Origin: the human T2T-CHM13v2.0 reference genome, Homo sapiens
Length of the DNA stretch: 64,000 nucleotides
NCBI RefSeq assembly: GCF_009914755.1
Contig: NC_060935.1
Reading direction: 5' to 3' (one strand)
Within the stretch, counting starts at the first letter, position 1. Each line of letters opens with the position of its first letter. Below are positions 12,703-27,078 of this stretch, piece by piece. The translations under genes and the position numbers were made by a program. Under the pieces are notes generated by a model, which had not been told where the DNA came from, searched no databases, and saw nothing but the letters and a program-made list of their open reading frames with translations.

Positions 12703-14505
12703 TCAAATTTTATTGAAACAAATGAAAAAATAGAGACTCTTAGCAAAGATTGAAGCTTTACAATAAATATATTTATAGATATGTATATATATATATTAAA
12801 AGAACCAGTTGACATTATAGAACTTAAAAATATAATAATACAGACTATAACATTGAGGATTTAAAAAATATAAGAACAGGATTTTTAAAAAACTCCCCGG
12901 ATGAGCTCAACAATAAATAGAGTGGAGATAACAGAAGATAAAATCAGTAGATGTGAGGACAGATAAGTAAATTTCACCCACCCAATCTAAATGACACAGA
13001 GAAAATAGACTGAAAATAAAAATGAACAGAACCTCAGGAATCTGGGAGCCAATAACAAAAGGTCTAATATTCACATCATCAGAACTGCAGAACAGGAGGA
13101 GGAGGAGAGTGAAGCTGAAAAGGCATTCAAAGAAATAATACTAAAAACTCTTCAAATGTGGTCAAAGACGCAAACCTACAGATTCAGGAATCCAAGCAAG
13201 CCCAAAACAGGACAAACACAAAGAAATCCATGTCAAGAAACATCATAATTAAACTTATGAAAATCAAAGACAAAGAAAAAATCTTGAAAGCAGCCAGAGA
13301 GAAACAATGCATTACCAATAGGAGAAAACCAATTCCAGATTACAGTGGATTTTTCATGTGAAATCGTGGAGGCTGGAAGAATGTGCATGACATTTTTGAA
13401 GTGCTGAAAGAAATGAACTATCAACTGCAAATTCTATATCCAGTGAAAATATGCTTCAGAAATGAAGGTGAAATGAAGACATTCGCAGGCAAAGGAAAAC
13501 TAAAATAATTTGTTGCTACCAGACCCCAGACCTACACTTAGATATTGACTGAAGAAGGTCTTTCAATGGAAAGGAAATGATAAAAGAATCTTAGAGCATC
13601 AGGAAGGAAGAACAATCAAAAGGACAGAAATATTAGTACATACAAAAAGACTATTCTTTTCTTCATGAGCTTTATGTCATATTTGATGATTGAAACAAAA
13701 AATCATAACATCATCTGATATTCAAACACCCAAAATTTGGAAAATTTATTCAAACATTTAAGGAATAATTAACACTTCTTTTACACAATATCCTCTAAAA
13801 ACAGAAGAGAAGGGAAAATTTCCCAACTCATTTTTATGAGGCTAGTATTATCCTATAACATAACTAAAGATGGTACAAAAAAAGAAACCTTCAGACCAGT
13901 ATCTCTCACGAAATTAGTTGAAAAAATGCTCAATAAAATAGCAAACTGAATTCAGCAATGTATATAAAGAATTATATGTCATGACTTAATGGGATTTATT
14001 CCAGCTAGATAAGGATGGTCCAACATTCAAAAGTCAGCCAGTGTAGCCCACCATATTAATAAGCTAAAGGAAAAAAGCATTTTATCACATCAATTGATGC
14101 TGAAAAAGCATTCAACAAAATCCAACACCCATTTAATATAAAAACGCTCAGCAAGTTAGAAGTAGAGGGCAATTACTCAACTTGATAACAAGCATCTACA
14201 AAACACCTACAGCTGACACCATCCTTAATGGAGAATGACTGAATGCTTTTCCCCTAAGAGCAAAACAAGACAAAGATGTCCACTATCATCATGCTTACTC
14301 AACATAATACTGGAAATTCTAACCATTGCAATTAGGCAAGAGAAAAAAAAAATGGCATACAGATTTAAATGGAAGAAATAAAACTTCTATCTCTATTTAC
14401 AGAAGACATGATTGTTTATGTAGAAAATCCCAAGGAATCTACAGAAGAAAAATTTCTACAACTAGTAAGTGAGTTCAGCAAAACTGATAAAAGATAAAAC
14501 ACACA

Positions 14506-14861
<356 letters not shown>

Positions 14862-15117
14862 TTAAAAGCACAATACCATTTATAATCACTCCAAAGAAAA
14901 TGAAATAATTATGTGTAAGCTTATGTATAGAATCTGTATGCTGAGAATTACAAAATGCTGATGAAGTAAATCAAAGATGACCTAAATAACTGGAGAGACA
15001 TACTGTGTTCATGGGGTGGGGGATGCAACATAGTAAAGATGTCAATTCTTCCAAAATTCATCTATAAGCTTAATGCAATTCCTATCAAAATCCCATCAAG
15101 GTTTTTCTAAATATAGA

Positions 15118-15665
15118 TGTGTTAATTAGAATTCTCCAGAGCAACAGAGCTAATATAATCTCTAGTTATAATAAACCAAATATTTATTATAAAGAATTGG
15201 CTGATATGATTATGGAGGTTGAGAAGTACCAAGATCTGCAGTCAGCAAGCTAAAGACCCAGGAACGCCAACACTATTGTTCCAGTCCTAGTCCAAAGGCC
15301 TGAGAATGAGAGCCAGTGCTATAAATTCCAGTTTGAATCTGAAGGCCTGAGAATCGGGAAAGCTGATAATGTAAGTTCCAGTCTGAATCCGAGTCTGAAT
15401 CTGAAGGCAGGAGAAGACTGATGTCCCAGCTTGAAGACAGTTGGCCAGAGAGAGCAAATTCTCCCTCACTAAGCTTTTTTGTTCTATTCAGGCCCTCAGT
15501 GGGTCAGATGATGTCCGCCCATACTGGTGAAGACAATCAGCCTACTGACTCAAAAGTCAATTTCATCCAGAAAAACCCTCACAGACATACCCAGAATTTT
15601 TTTTAACCAAATATGTGGGCACCCCATGGCCCAGTCAATTTGAGACGTAGAAATTAACCATCACA
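15118..15665 (-). mobile_element. MLT2 (ERVL) solo LTR with 5-bp TSD
   Basis: tgtgttaattagaattctccagag...aattaaccatcaca termini; TSD ATAGA at 15113-15117 and 15666-15670. Confidence 0.88.
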
Positions 15666-16010
15666 ATAGACAAGTCTATTATAAAAATTATACAGAAAGG
15701 TACAGGCCCTTCAATAGCTAAAACAATTATGACAAAGAAGAATAAAGTAGGAGAAATCACTACCTGATATTAAGGCTTTGTATACAAGTATAGCCATAGT
15801 AATCAAGACAATGTAGTATTGGCATAAGAATAAAGACATAGATCAATGAGAGATCCCAGAAATAGACATACACAAATATGCTCAACTGATTTTTGACAAA
15901 GGTGAAAAACAATTCTATGGAGGAGGAATAGTCATCTCAACAAATGATACTGGAGCAATTGGACATCTACAAGCCAAAAACTGAAACTTGACCATAAAAA
16001 ATTAACTCGA

Positions 16011-16378
<368 letters not shown>

Positions 16379-16446
16379 TCAAAGTCTTGACTGTTGTGGG
16401 ATACACAAACTTATACATGTGACAAAATCATAAAGAACTAAATGTG

Positions 16447-16687
16447 TTGGGAGGCCAAGGTGGGCAGATCACTTGAGGTCAGGAGTTTGAGACCAACATG
16501 GTGAAACCCGTCTCTACTAAAAATACGAAAATGGTGGTGAGCGCTTGTAATCTCAGCTACTTGGGAGGCTGAGGCATGAGAATCCCTTGAACCCAGGAGG
16601 CAGAGCTTGCAGTGATCCGAAATTGCAACACTGCACTCCAGCCTGGGCAAAAGAGCGAGACTCTGTCTTAAAAAAAAAAAAAAAAAA
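16447..16687 (+). mobile_element. 5'-truncated AluS with internal deletions
   Basis: Starts ttgggaggccaagg; degenerate TSD ctaaatg[t/c]g. Confidence 0.85.
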
Positions 16688-16944
16688 CCTAAATGCGCAC
16701 ACATAGAGATTACTATGAGGAAATCTGGGTAAGGAATAAGATTGATGTGTTCTCTCAATGTCAATATTTTGATTTTGACATTATATTAGAGTTTTGTAAA
16801 AATGTTGCTACTGGGGAAACTGGTTCAAGTGTACATGGGATCTCCCCATATTATTTCTTACAATGTATGTGAATCTACAGTTACATTAATAAAAATTTCA
16901 ATAAAAAAACAAATCTACAGGAAAGTTGAAAAATAAAGGGATGA

Positions 16945-17680
<736 letters not shown>

Positions 17681-17759
17681 TGGACTTCTACTAAATAATT
17701 TCCACCATATTTGGGAAATTGGTATTTGGGTTTTCTTTGACTGAAATTGAATCCAAACT

Positions 17760-18458
17760 TTACTAGTACAAAAAGAAAAAGATATTCCTTGCAAAAATCA
17801 AACTACAATTTTGTTATCAGGCCAAGTAGAATTCCAGGCCAAGAAGAAAACTACAAGGGACAAAGAAGGATGTCATAAACTGTAAAAGAACTATAGATCA
17901 GGCAGATATAAGGATCATGAATATTTACGTGTTTAATAATATGGCCTCAAAGACTATAAAGCAACCACTGACAGTATTATGGGGGGAAAGAGATACATAA
18001 AAAAACATAGTTATGGAATTTAGCATACCCCTCTCAGAGACTAATAGATCAAGGAGACAAAAATGAGCTAAAATAGAAGATTTAAGCAATACTACTAATA
18101 ACCTTAAACTGAAATATAATAAAGGACTAGACTTAAGACATGAGGAGTATGTTATTTTTTAACTCACCTGAAACATTCAAAAAAATCCTCCATGAACTAG
18201 GTTACAAAGGATGATTATTCAACCATTTCTGAACGCTGTAATAAAAATGGGAATCAATAACAAAAAGACAGGTTTTTATTAATACCAGAGGTAGAAAAAC
18301 TGAAAAACCAAGCTACTTAATAACACTTGCGTTAAAGAGGAATTAATAGGGAAAATTACAAAATACTTAGTACTGAATGACAGTAAAAACACCACGTCAA
18401 AATACGTGGGATACAGCTAAAGCAAGACTTAAGGAAAATTAATGGCTTTAACTATAGT

Positions 18459-18489
<31 letters not shown>

Positions 18490-19460
18490 AAGGCAACAAA
18501 GATGGGGGAAGGGAGCTAAGTATTTGACTTAGGAATTTGGAAAAAAGATCACAGAAAAGAAGAAGGGGTAGAAATCAATAAAATCAATAATCAAAGCACA
18601 TTAAATTAAAATCACCTTTTGCAACTCCTAATAATTAATTAATCTAGACATTGATCATCAATGGCTACTAAAATCATTAAAGGAGAGCCAATCAGACATT
18701 GTCATTATACTCCTCTTGAAGGATAAACATAACCCACTTATGAGATAGAAATATAGATATACAATTTTGACAAGACTATCAATCTAGACAGACAGGTAGG
18801 TATAGATTTAGATACTAAATTTGGTCAAGCCAATTGTAAATTTGCACATAATTCAACGAAATTTTACTTATCTCTAAGTTCAGTGAAAGTTCATCAAAAT
18901 TCTAGCAGACATTTTTTAGAAAGTTGATAAATTGATTCTAAAATTAATATATGGAAAAATGAAGTTTCAAAGTTCACAAATAGCTAAAGCAATTTTTTAA
19001 AAAGAACAAACTATGATGATTTGCTATATCAGATATTAAAACATACTGCAGAACTATATGATTTTATAAAGTTTGGTATTAACTCAAGAACAGACATATA
19101 AATCCAATGGAACAGAACTTAAAATATATAAACAGACCTGTGTATATGTAGGAATTTGACATATGATTAAGATGTCACAAATTAGTGGAGGAAGGATAAT
19201 TTATTTTGTTGAGAGTTCACCAAAAAAAGTATTAAATCTCCACCTCATACCATATACAAAAGTGAATTCCAGATAGATTAAAGACCTAAAACTGAAAGGT
19301 AAAATGTTAGACCTAATTGAATGAAAATGAATAAAGCTCTCCTCATGCTCTTGGGCAGGGACAGACTTCACAAACAAAACAAAAATAGCCAAAACCACAG
19401 ACAAAAATTGACTAATTTGACTATATCAAAACTAAAGATTCCTATTAATTGAAAGGATGC
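17760..19460 (+). mobile_element. Host ancient L1 ORF2 remnants (EN and downstream)
   Basis: agggacaaagaagga (RDKEG), ggaacagaac..., gattaaagacctaaa (IKDL); (TA)n at ~18459-18488. Confidence 0.7.
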
Positions 19461-19585
19461 TGTATTCGTTTTCTAGGGCTTTTGTAACAAAGTACCACAA
19501 ACTGGTGGCTTAAAAGAGCAGAAACTTATGGTCTCACAGTTCCGGAGGCTAGAAGTCTGAAATCCAGGTGCCAGCAAGGCCACGT

Positions 19586-19797
19586 TGTCTCAGAAACCTG
19601 TAAGGAGGAACCCTTCCTCACCTCTTCTAGCCTCCGGTGTTTGTCGCCAACCACCAGGCTGTCTCAGAAACCTCTAAGGAGGAACCCTTCCTCACCTTCC
19701 TCACCTCTTCCAGCCTCTGGTGTTTGCCGCCGACCACCAGGCTGTCTCAGAAACCTCTAAGGAGGAACCCTTCCTCACCTCTTCCAGCCTCTGGTGT
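19586..19797. repeat. ~74-bp tandem repeat, ~2.7 copies, inside MLT1C LTR
   Basis: Unit tgtctcagaaacctctaaggaggaacccttcctcacctcttccagcctctggtgtttgccgccgaccaccaggc starts at 19586, 19660 and 19743. Confidence 0.92.
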
Positions 19798-20194
19798 CTG
19801 CTCCTGACCCTTGGCTTTGCTTGGTTTCTAGGTTCATTGCTCCTGTCTCTGCCTCCATCACTGCATGGCTCTCTTCTCCCTGTGCCTCTGCCCTTCTTTA
19901 AGGACATCAGTCATATTGGATTAGGGCCCACCTTAAAGACAACATTTTAACTTGATTACATCTACAAAGACCATCTACATTCCCAAGTGAAGTCACATTC
20001 AAAGGTACCAGGGGTTAGGACTTCAAAATACCTATGGAGGGATATTCAACCCCTAACAGGCAGCATAACTTCAATTTCTGCCTTCATCTTTACACGGCCT
20101 TCTTTTCTTTGTGTTCTCTTTCTGTCCTCTTCTCTTCCTATAAGGATACCAGGATTTGATTTAGGGTCCACCTGATTTCATCTTGGGATCCATG

Positions 20195-20558
20195 TATATT
20201 AGTCTGTTTTCGTGCTGCTGATAAAGATATGCCCGAGACTGGGTAATTTATAAAGAAAAAGAGGTTTAATGGACTCATTGTTCCACATGGCTGGGGAGGC
20301 CTCACAATCACGGCAGAAGCCAAAAGGCATGTCTTACATGGTGGCAGGCAAGAGAGAAATGAGAACCAAGTGAAAGGGGTTTCCCGTTATAAAACCATCA
20401 GATCTTGTAAAGACTTATTCACTGCCACAAGAACAGTATGGGGGAAACTGCCCCCATGATTCAATTATCTCCCACTGGGTCCCTCCCATAACATGTGGGA
20501 ATTATGGGAGCTACAATTCAAGATGAGATTTGGGTGGGGACACAGCCAAACCATATCA
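20195..20558 (-). mobile_element. THE1 (THE1B-like) solo LTR with TSD
   Basis: tatattagtctgttttcgtgctgctgataaaga...cagccaaaccatatca; TSD CCATG at 20190-20194 and 20559-20563. Confidence 0.92.
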
Positions 20559-20563
20559 CCATG

Positions 20564-20979
20564 TTATGGATATGGTTTGATCTGTTTTGCATTGCTATTA
20601 AGCAATACCAAGAGTGGGTAATTTATAAGGAAAAGGGGTTTATCTGGCTCATCATTCTGCAGGCTGTATAAGCATGGCACCAGCATCTGCTCAGCTTCTA
20701 GTGAGGCCTCAGGGAGCTTACAGTCATGGCAGAAGGTGAAGGGGGAGCAGGTGTGCCACATGGCCAGAGCAGGAGCAAGAAGATGCCAGGCTCTTTTAAA
20801 CAACCAGCTTTCACATGAACTAAGAGCAAGAACTCACTCATTACCTCAGGAAGGGCACTAAGCCATTTGCGAGGGATCTTCCCCCACGACCAAAACACCT
20901 CCCATCAGGCCCTACCTCCAAAATTAGGGATCAAATTTCGACATGAGACTTGGAGGGGACAAACATCCAAACTATATTA
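20564..20979 (-). mobile_element. MST (MSTB-like) solo LTR
   Basis: ggctcatcattctgcaggctgtataagcatggcaccagcatctgctc...aaacatccaaactatatta; GGATC flanks the THE1+MST block (20186-20190 and 20980-20984). Confidence 0.88.
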
Positions 20980-22911
20980 GGATCCTTTACTAATCACATC
21001 TGCAAACCATATTTCCAAATAAGGCCATATTCTGTGGTTCCAAGTGAACATAAGTTACTGGGAGACAGCACTCAACCCACTACAATCAGCCCTCTGGCCC
21101 CTCAAAGTTTACATCCTTTCCATGTGCAAAACACATTCACCTCATCCCAACATTCACAAAATTCTTAACCCAATCAAGCAACAATTCCAAGTCTAAAATG
21201 GCATTTAAATATTATCAACTGAATGAGTCTCAAATCTCATAAACCAAATTATCTAAATCAGGTATGGGTGAGACTCTGAATATGATCCATCCCGGGGGAA
21301 AAATTCCCTTCCATCTGTGGACCTGTGAAACTAGAAAATAAGTTATCTGCTTCCAAAATAAAATCCAGGCATGGCATGGATATTCCCATCCCAAAAGGGA
21401 GGAATTGAAAGAAATAAAGGGGTCACCATTCCCAGCCAAGTCCAAAACCCAGCAGCAAAAATGTCAATAGGTTCAAGGTCTGAGGATAATCCTCTATGTT
21501 GTTATCTGGGCCTGCAGTGACAGCTCCTGCCTCTGTGCCTGCCTCTCTGGCCTCTAACTCCACATCTGTGAGTCTGTCCTCAGTCATTCACCTTTTCCTT
21601 TAACAGCAGCATATGTTTACAGCTGAGCAGCTCTATCAACTAGTTTCCTGTCTATAGAATCCCAGAAGTCTGATAGCTTTTCTTCATTTCATAGTCTCTG
21701 TCAGTCCAGGCTGGCCATGTTCCTATTGGTATAATATTCTCAAAAATTTTGTGGGTCTCCTGTGTATGCCAAGGGGATACACGTCATTAGACCGAAGCAT
21801 TCTCCATAGATACTTCCTGATTAACCCCACCTCTATTCCTGGCTTCTACTGTGATGGCTGATTGGAATCATGAGTCACACACCTAATCTCTTTGCAAAAT
21901 GTTGTCCAGCCACAGCTTTGGAGCTCTCTCCACAGTGTGCTTTCTCAACAGAGAAACCAAGAACCTCCCAAATCATAAAGTACTGGTTCCTTTGTGCTTA
22001 ACAATTCCTTCCTCAATTTATCTCTTTCCTCTTGCACTTCACTGTAAGCAATAAGGAGAAACTAGGCTGCACCCTCCATATTTTGCTTAGAAATCTCCTC
22101 AGCTAAACATCCAACTTGAATTCTGCTTTTTGCCCAACAGCAGCCAAGTTCTCTGACGCCTTATAAGAATCACCTTTGCTCAGTTTCCAGTAATATGTTC
22201 CTCATTTCTTTCTACGGTCTCACCAGAAGTACCTTTAATGTTCCTATTTCTAGCAACATTCTTTCTATATATATGATTATATATATTCTCTAAGATTATA
22301 GAAGCTTTCTCAACCATTCTCATCACTTCCATCTGAGCCCTCACTAGAATTGCTTTTAACATCCATATTTCTAGCAACAATCTCTTCTTCAATGCTACCA
22401 GGCTTTTTCTACCATGAAATTCAAAAGTATGTATTACAGCAGCACCCACTTCCCAGTAACAAAGCCTGTATTCATTTTCTAGGGCTGCCATATCAAAGTA
22501 CCACAAACTGGGTGGCTTAGAACAACAGAAATGTATCCTCTCACAATTCTGGAGGCTAGAAGACTGAAATCGAAGTGTCAGCAGGTCCATGCTCCCCCTG
22601 AAGCATCCAAGAAGGAATCCTTCCTTGCCTCTTTCAGCTTCTGAGGGCCCAAGGCATTCCCTGGCTTATGGCATCATAACTTCAATCTCTGCCACCGTCT
22701 TCACATGTCCTTCTTGTTTGTCTCTCTGCGTTTTCTCCTCCTCTTATACGGACACCAGTCATGGGATTTAGGGTCCACCCTACATCTAGGAGGACATCAT
22801 CTTGAGATCCTTAATTAGTTACATTTGCAAGGACCCTATTTACAAATTAGGTCACATTCTGAGGTTCCAGGTGGACATGAATTCTTGGGAGACACTATTT
22901 AACCTACTACA

Positions 22912-23250
22912 GATACTATGGACACAATTAACAAACAAGTGACAACTGATAGAAAATATTTCAAAGTCTAAAATCATTAAGGATTACAATATATAACATG
23001 CAAGAAACACAAATCAACAAGACGGGAAATCCTACAGAAAAGTAGGCAAAAGAGATGAATAGGCAATCCGTGGAAGCAGAAACCCAAATGAATAAAACTT
23101 TTATAAGGAGCTATTTGGCCTCACTTCATAAGAGAAATCCAAATTAAAACAAGGAAATCCTACTTTATGCCCATAACATTAGCATGAAAAATTAAGTCAG
23201 ATAACACATGTGTTAGAACAATGTATAGAAATGGAAACCCTACATAAGCT
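22912..23250 (+). mobile_element. Host L1 ORF2 C-terminal remnant
   Basis: ggcaaaagagatgaataggcaat (KDMNR-like) and caaattaaaaca (QIKT) resume after the provirus. Confidence 0.65.
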
Positions 23251-23251
23251 A

Positions 23252-23802
23252 CACTGACTTCTCCTCTTGCTCAGTGTAAATCCAATGTCTATACTCTAAC
23301 CCACAAGAGTCTGCAATTCCTGGTCCCACTACAGCTCCAACCTCATCTCCAGCCACCCTCTGCTTCCCTCTCTCTGCTGCAGCCCACCAGCTTCTGCGCT
23401 GTTCCTCTAACAGGGCAAGCATACTTTGACCCCAGGGCTTCAGCACTTGCAGTTTCCTCTGCCTGGAATGCATACTCCATTCATCTGAATGGCTTGGTCT
23501 CTTATTTCATTGAGTTCTCTGCTCAGATGTCACCTTTTTAAGGAGTCTTCATTAATCACTCTAGTAACATAGGATAGAACCTTCCCTCTTTTCCTGGTTT
23601 TTCTCCGTCACAGTTATAATTCTCCGGAACATTTTAGATTTTGCTTGTCTGTTTATTGTCTATCTTCCTCTACTAGAATGTACACTCAGTTTTGCTCACT
23701 GCAGCATCCTCCAAGCCTAGAACTGTTCCTTATAAAAGTGACATTTGAGCAAAGAACTCAATGAAATAAGGTGCTCAATAAATGTGCTGAATGAATAATG
23801 AA
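23252..23802 (+). mobile_element. L2a 3' fragment
   Basis: cagggcttcagcacttgcagtttcctctgcctggaatgc...gtgctcaataaatgtgctgaatgaataatgaa. Confidence 0.8.
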
Positions 23803-23809
23803 GTCCTAC

Positions 23810-24030
23810 TGTTTATTATTATACATTGAGTGCTTTAGTTGTACTATTTCATTTGATTCTTACAATCATATGAGGTAGTCATTATTAATTCCATTATACT
23901 GACTTGGAGACTGAGGCTCAGAAGAGTTAGGCAACCAGTGGAGATCACACAGCTAACAAATGATTGATCTGAGACTTGACCCCAGCCTGGTTGATTCAAA
24001 ATCCCAGACCCTCACACTTCATTGTACTCT
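23810..24030 (-). mobile_element. MIR
   Basis: tttcatttgattcttacaatcatatgaggtag...actgaggctcagaagagttag. Confidence 0.75.
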
Positions 24031-24054
24031 GTCAATCTCCCACAGAGTTCACAG

Positions 24055-24482
24055 TTCTCACATGGCAGTCATGCACGTGCACAGCTGAGATTTCCTGCTG
24101 CAGGGAGCGTGGTTATCATTCTTCTAGATCCACCACCACGTTAGTGCCAAGGCCACGCTTCCGTCAGGCTGCTGTCAGCCAAGGACTAAGCACGGCTGGT
24201 ACTAGTTCAGGCCTCTTCTAGTGGCAACTTTGTCTTGACACTCCCCATCAGCCTGGCCAACACCTTCTGAGACCTGCACTGGGCCTGAGATTCTTCCTAT
24301 CCCATTCTCCTTTCTTCCTTTGTCCTTTCTCAGGGTCAGACCAGTGTTGAGGTCTGAGGCTATCCCTGCTTTCTCCTGCCCCGTTCCCTTTGTCCTTTTT
24401 AGATATCCTTCCCTCAGTGAAGCTCTTGTGCCTCTAAGCCCAGCTTGGCCTCTCCTTCTTGGATGTCCGGCTCTAATATACC
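24055..24482 (+). mobile_element. LTR16-like ERVL LTR
   Basis: ccaaggccacgcttcc...ggctgctgtcagccaa...actccccatcagcctggccaa. Confidence 0.6.
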
Positions 24483-24614
24483 TCATGACACTCAGGAGTC
24501 AGCCAGCACAGCACATGCTAAAGCTGGGCACACACATTCCCAGGACCCAGCAATTCCATTCCTATATATATATTCAACAGAAATGCAGACATGTTGTTAC
24601 AAAAGATAAGGACA

Positions 24615-24933
<319 letters not shown>

Positions 24934-25136
24934 TTACAGAGCACCACTATTCATAATAGCCCCAAACTGGAAAATACTCAAAGGCCTATCAATGGTTGAA
25001 TGAGTAGCTACATGGTAGTTTTTCACACAATAGAATGTTATACAGCAAAGACAATGAACAATCTACAATTACAAGAATATGAATGAATCTCTGAGTGAAA
25101 TTTACCAGATGCAAAAGAATATATACTGTCAGATTC

Positions 25137-25450
25137 TTTCTTCTTCTTTTTTTTTTTTTTTTGAGGCAGGGTCTCACTCTGTTACCCAGCTGGAATGCAG
25201 TGGCTCAATCTCGGCTCACTGCAGCCTCTACCTCCCCAGGCTCAAGCAATCCTCCCACCTCAGCCTCCCAAGTAGCTGGGACTACAGGGATGCCCCAACA
25301 TGTCCAGCTATTTTTTTTATTATCATTATTTTGTAGAGACAAATTTCATCATGTTGCTCAGGTTGGTCTCAAACTCCTGGGTTTGAGCCATCCTCCTGCC
25401 TCAGCCTCCCAAAGTGCTGGGATTACAAGCATGAGCCATTGTGCCTGGCC
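25137..25450 (-). mobile_element. AluJ
   Basis: ggctcaagcaatcctcccacctcagcc diagnostics, reverse. Confidence 0.88.
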
Positions 25451-25988
25451 TTATATACTATAAGATTCTATTTATACAAAGTGCAGAACTAATTTATGAT
25501 GTTAAAAGGCAGGACAGCAGTTACCCTTGGGAGGTGGGGTAGTGACTAGAAGGGACATAATAGGAGATTCTAGTGATGTTCTGTTTTTGCATCTGGATAG
25601 AAGTTATGTGACTCAGTTTACCTTCTGGAAATCAGAAATGTGCAATTGTACAATCTGTACACTTTTCTATATATATGTTAGACTCCAATAAAAAATATTT
25701 AATGAAAAAGTAAGAATAGGCCAACATTGCACTCTCAACCAAAAGCCAAAATCATAACCCAAGTGATAAGCCCTAACCTTGTTCCTGTCAGGGTGTCACC
25801 ATCCTCATGGTCACCTCATGGCTCAAAGCTGTCCCTTGCCCTTATCCTTGATGGCCAGTATGTCACCAAGTCCTGATGACTCTTCCTGCACAACCCGTCA
25901 GCGCTGACCAGTTTCCTGTGTTTCTGCTGTCACTGCTCCATTTGATGCCTGAATTCAGCAAAAGTTAGCGTCTAATTGGTCTTTCAGC

Positions 25989-26134
25989 CAGGGCCAGGAC
26001 TAGGGTGAGGAAAGTACGGCACCTAGGGGGCAAAATGTAAGGAATCATCACCCTCAGGATCTTGTAAATTCAGGATCAGTCCCTGACAGTGATGCTTCTT
26101 TAAATTTTCCCTGCCTCAGCCTAGTCCCAGCCTG
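25989..26134. mobile_element. MER96-like hAT MITE (palindromic)
   Basis: TIRs cagggccaggactagggtgagg / cctcagcctagtcccagcctg; 8-bp TSD-like ctttcagc / ccctcagc. Confidence 0.7.
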
Positions 26135-26381
26135 CCCTCAGCTTCCCACTTTTCCCTCCAGCACACGTGGCTCCATGTTGCCAAATTATTCTCCTTGCTT
26201 CTGTCATGGCCCTCCCCTGCCCAAGGATTTACTAGTGTCCCATCTGCCTATTAAATTAAGGATAGCCCTGGGGTGGACACACATCTCTCTTCACCTCAGT
26301 TTCTCTATAAGGATGGTGAGAAACCTGGACCCAGAGGTTTCCTTCAAGTGCCAACTCCAGGCAGTTATAACAGCTATCTCA

Positions 26382-26725
<344 letters not shown>

Positions 26726-26728
26726 CCA

Positions 26729-27078
26729 TGTAACTGCTATAACAAACTAACACAGACTACTAGATGACTTAAACAATGATTATTTCCCACAGTTCCAGAG
26801 GCTGGGAAGTCCTAGATCATAGCACATGTACATTTGGTGTCAGGTGAGGGCTCACTTCCCGGTTCACAGACAGTGCTTTCTTGCTGTGACTTCACATGGT
26901 GGAAGGGGCAAGGAAGTTCTCCAGGGCCTCTTTTCTAAGGGCACTAATCCCATTCATAAGGGCTCCACCCTCATGACCTAATTGCCTCCCCAAGTCCCCA
27001 CCCTCTACTACCATCACCTTGAAGGTCTGGATTTCAACATAGGAAGAGTGAGGGGACATAAACATGCAGCCTATAGCA
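26729..27078 (-). mobile_element. MLT1A-type solo LTR
   Basis: gctataacaaa...cacagttccagaggctgggaagtcc...gggcactaatcccattcataagggctccaccctcatgacctaat. Confidence 0.85.

Larger units (their letters stand above)
19461..22911 (-). mobile_element. Full MLT1C-type MaLR provirus (LTR-internal-LTR)
   Basis: LTRs 19461-21084 (composite) and 22467-22911, internal region 21085-22466; 5-bp TSD gatgc (19456-19460) / gatac (22912-22916). Confidence 0.8.

Noticed and set aside
20287-20299. PRDM9 hotspot motif in THE1
   Set aside because: Reads CCTCCCCAGCCAT on the minus strand, not the hotspot-associated CCTCCCTAGCCAC
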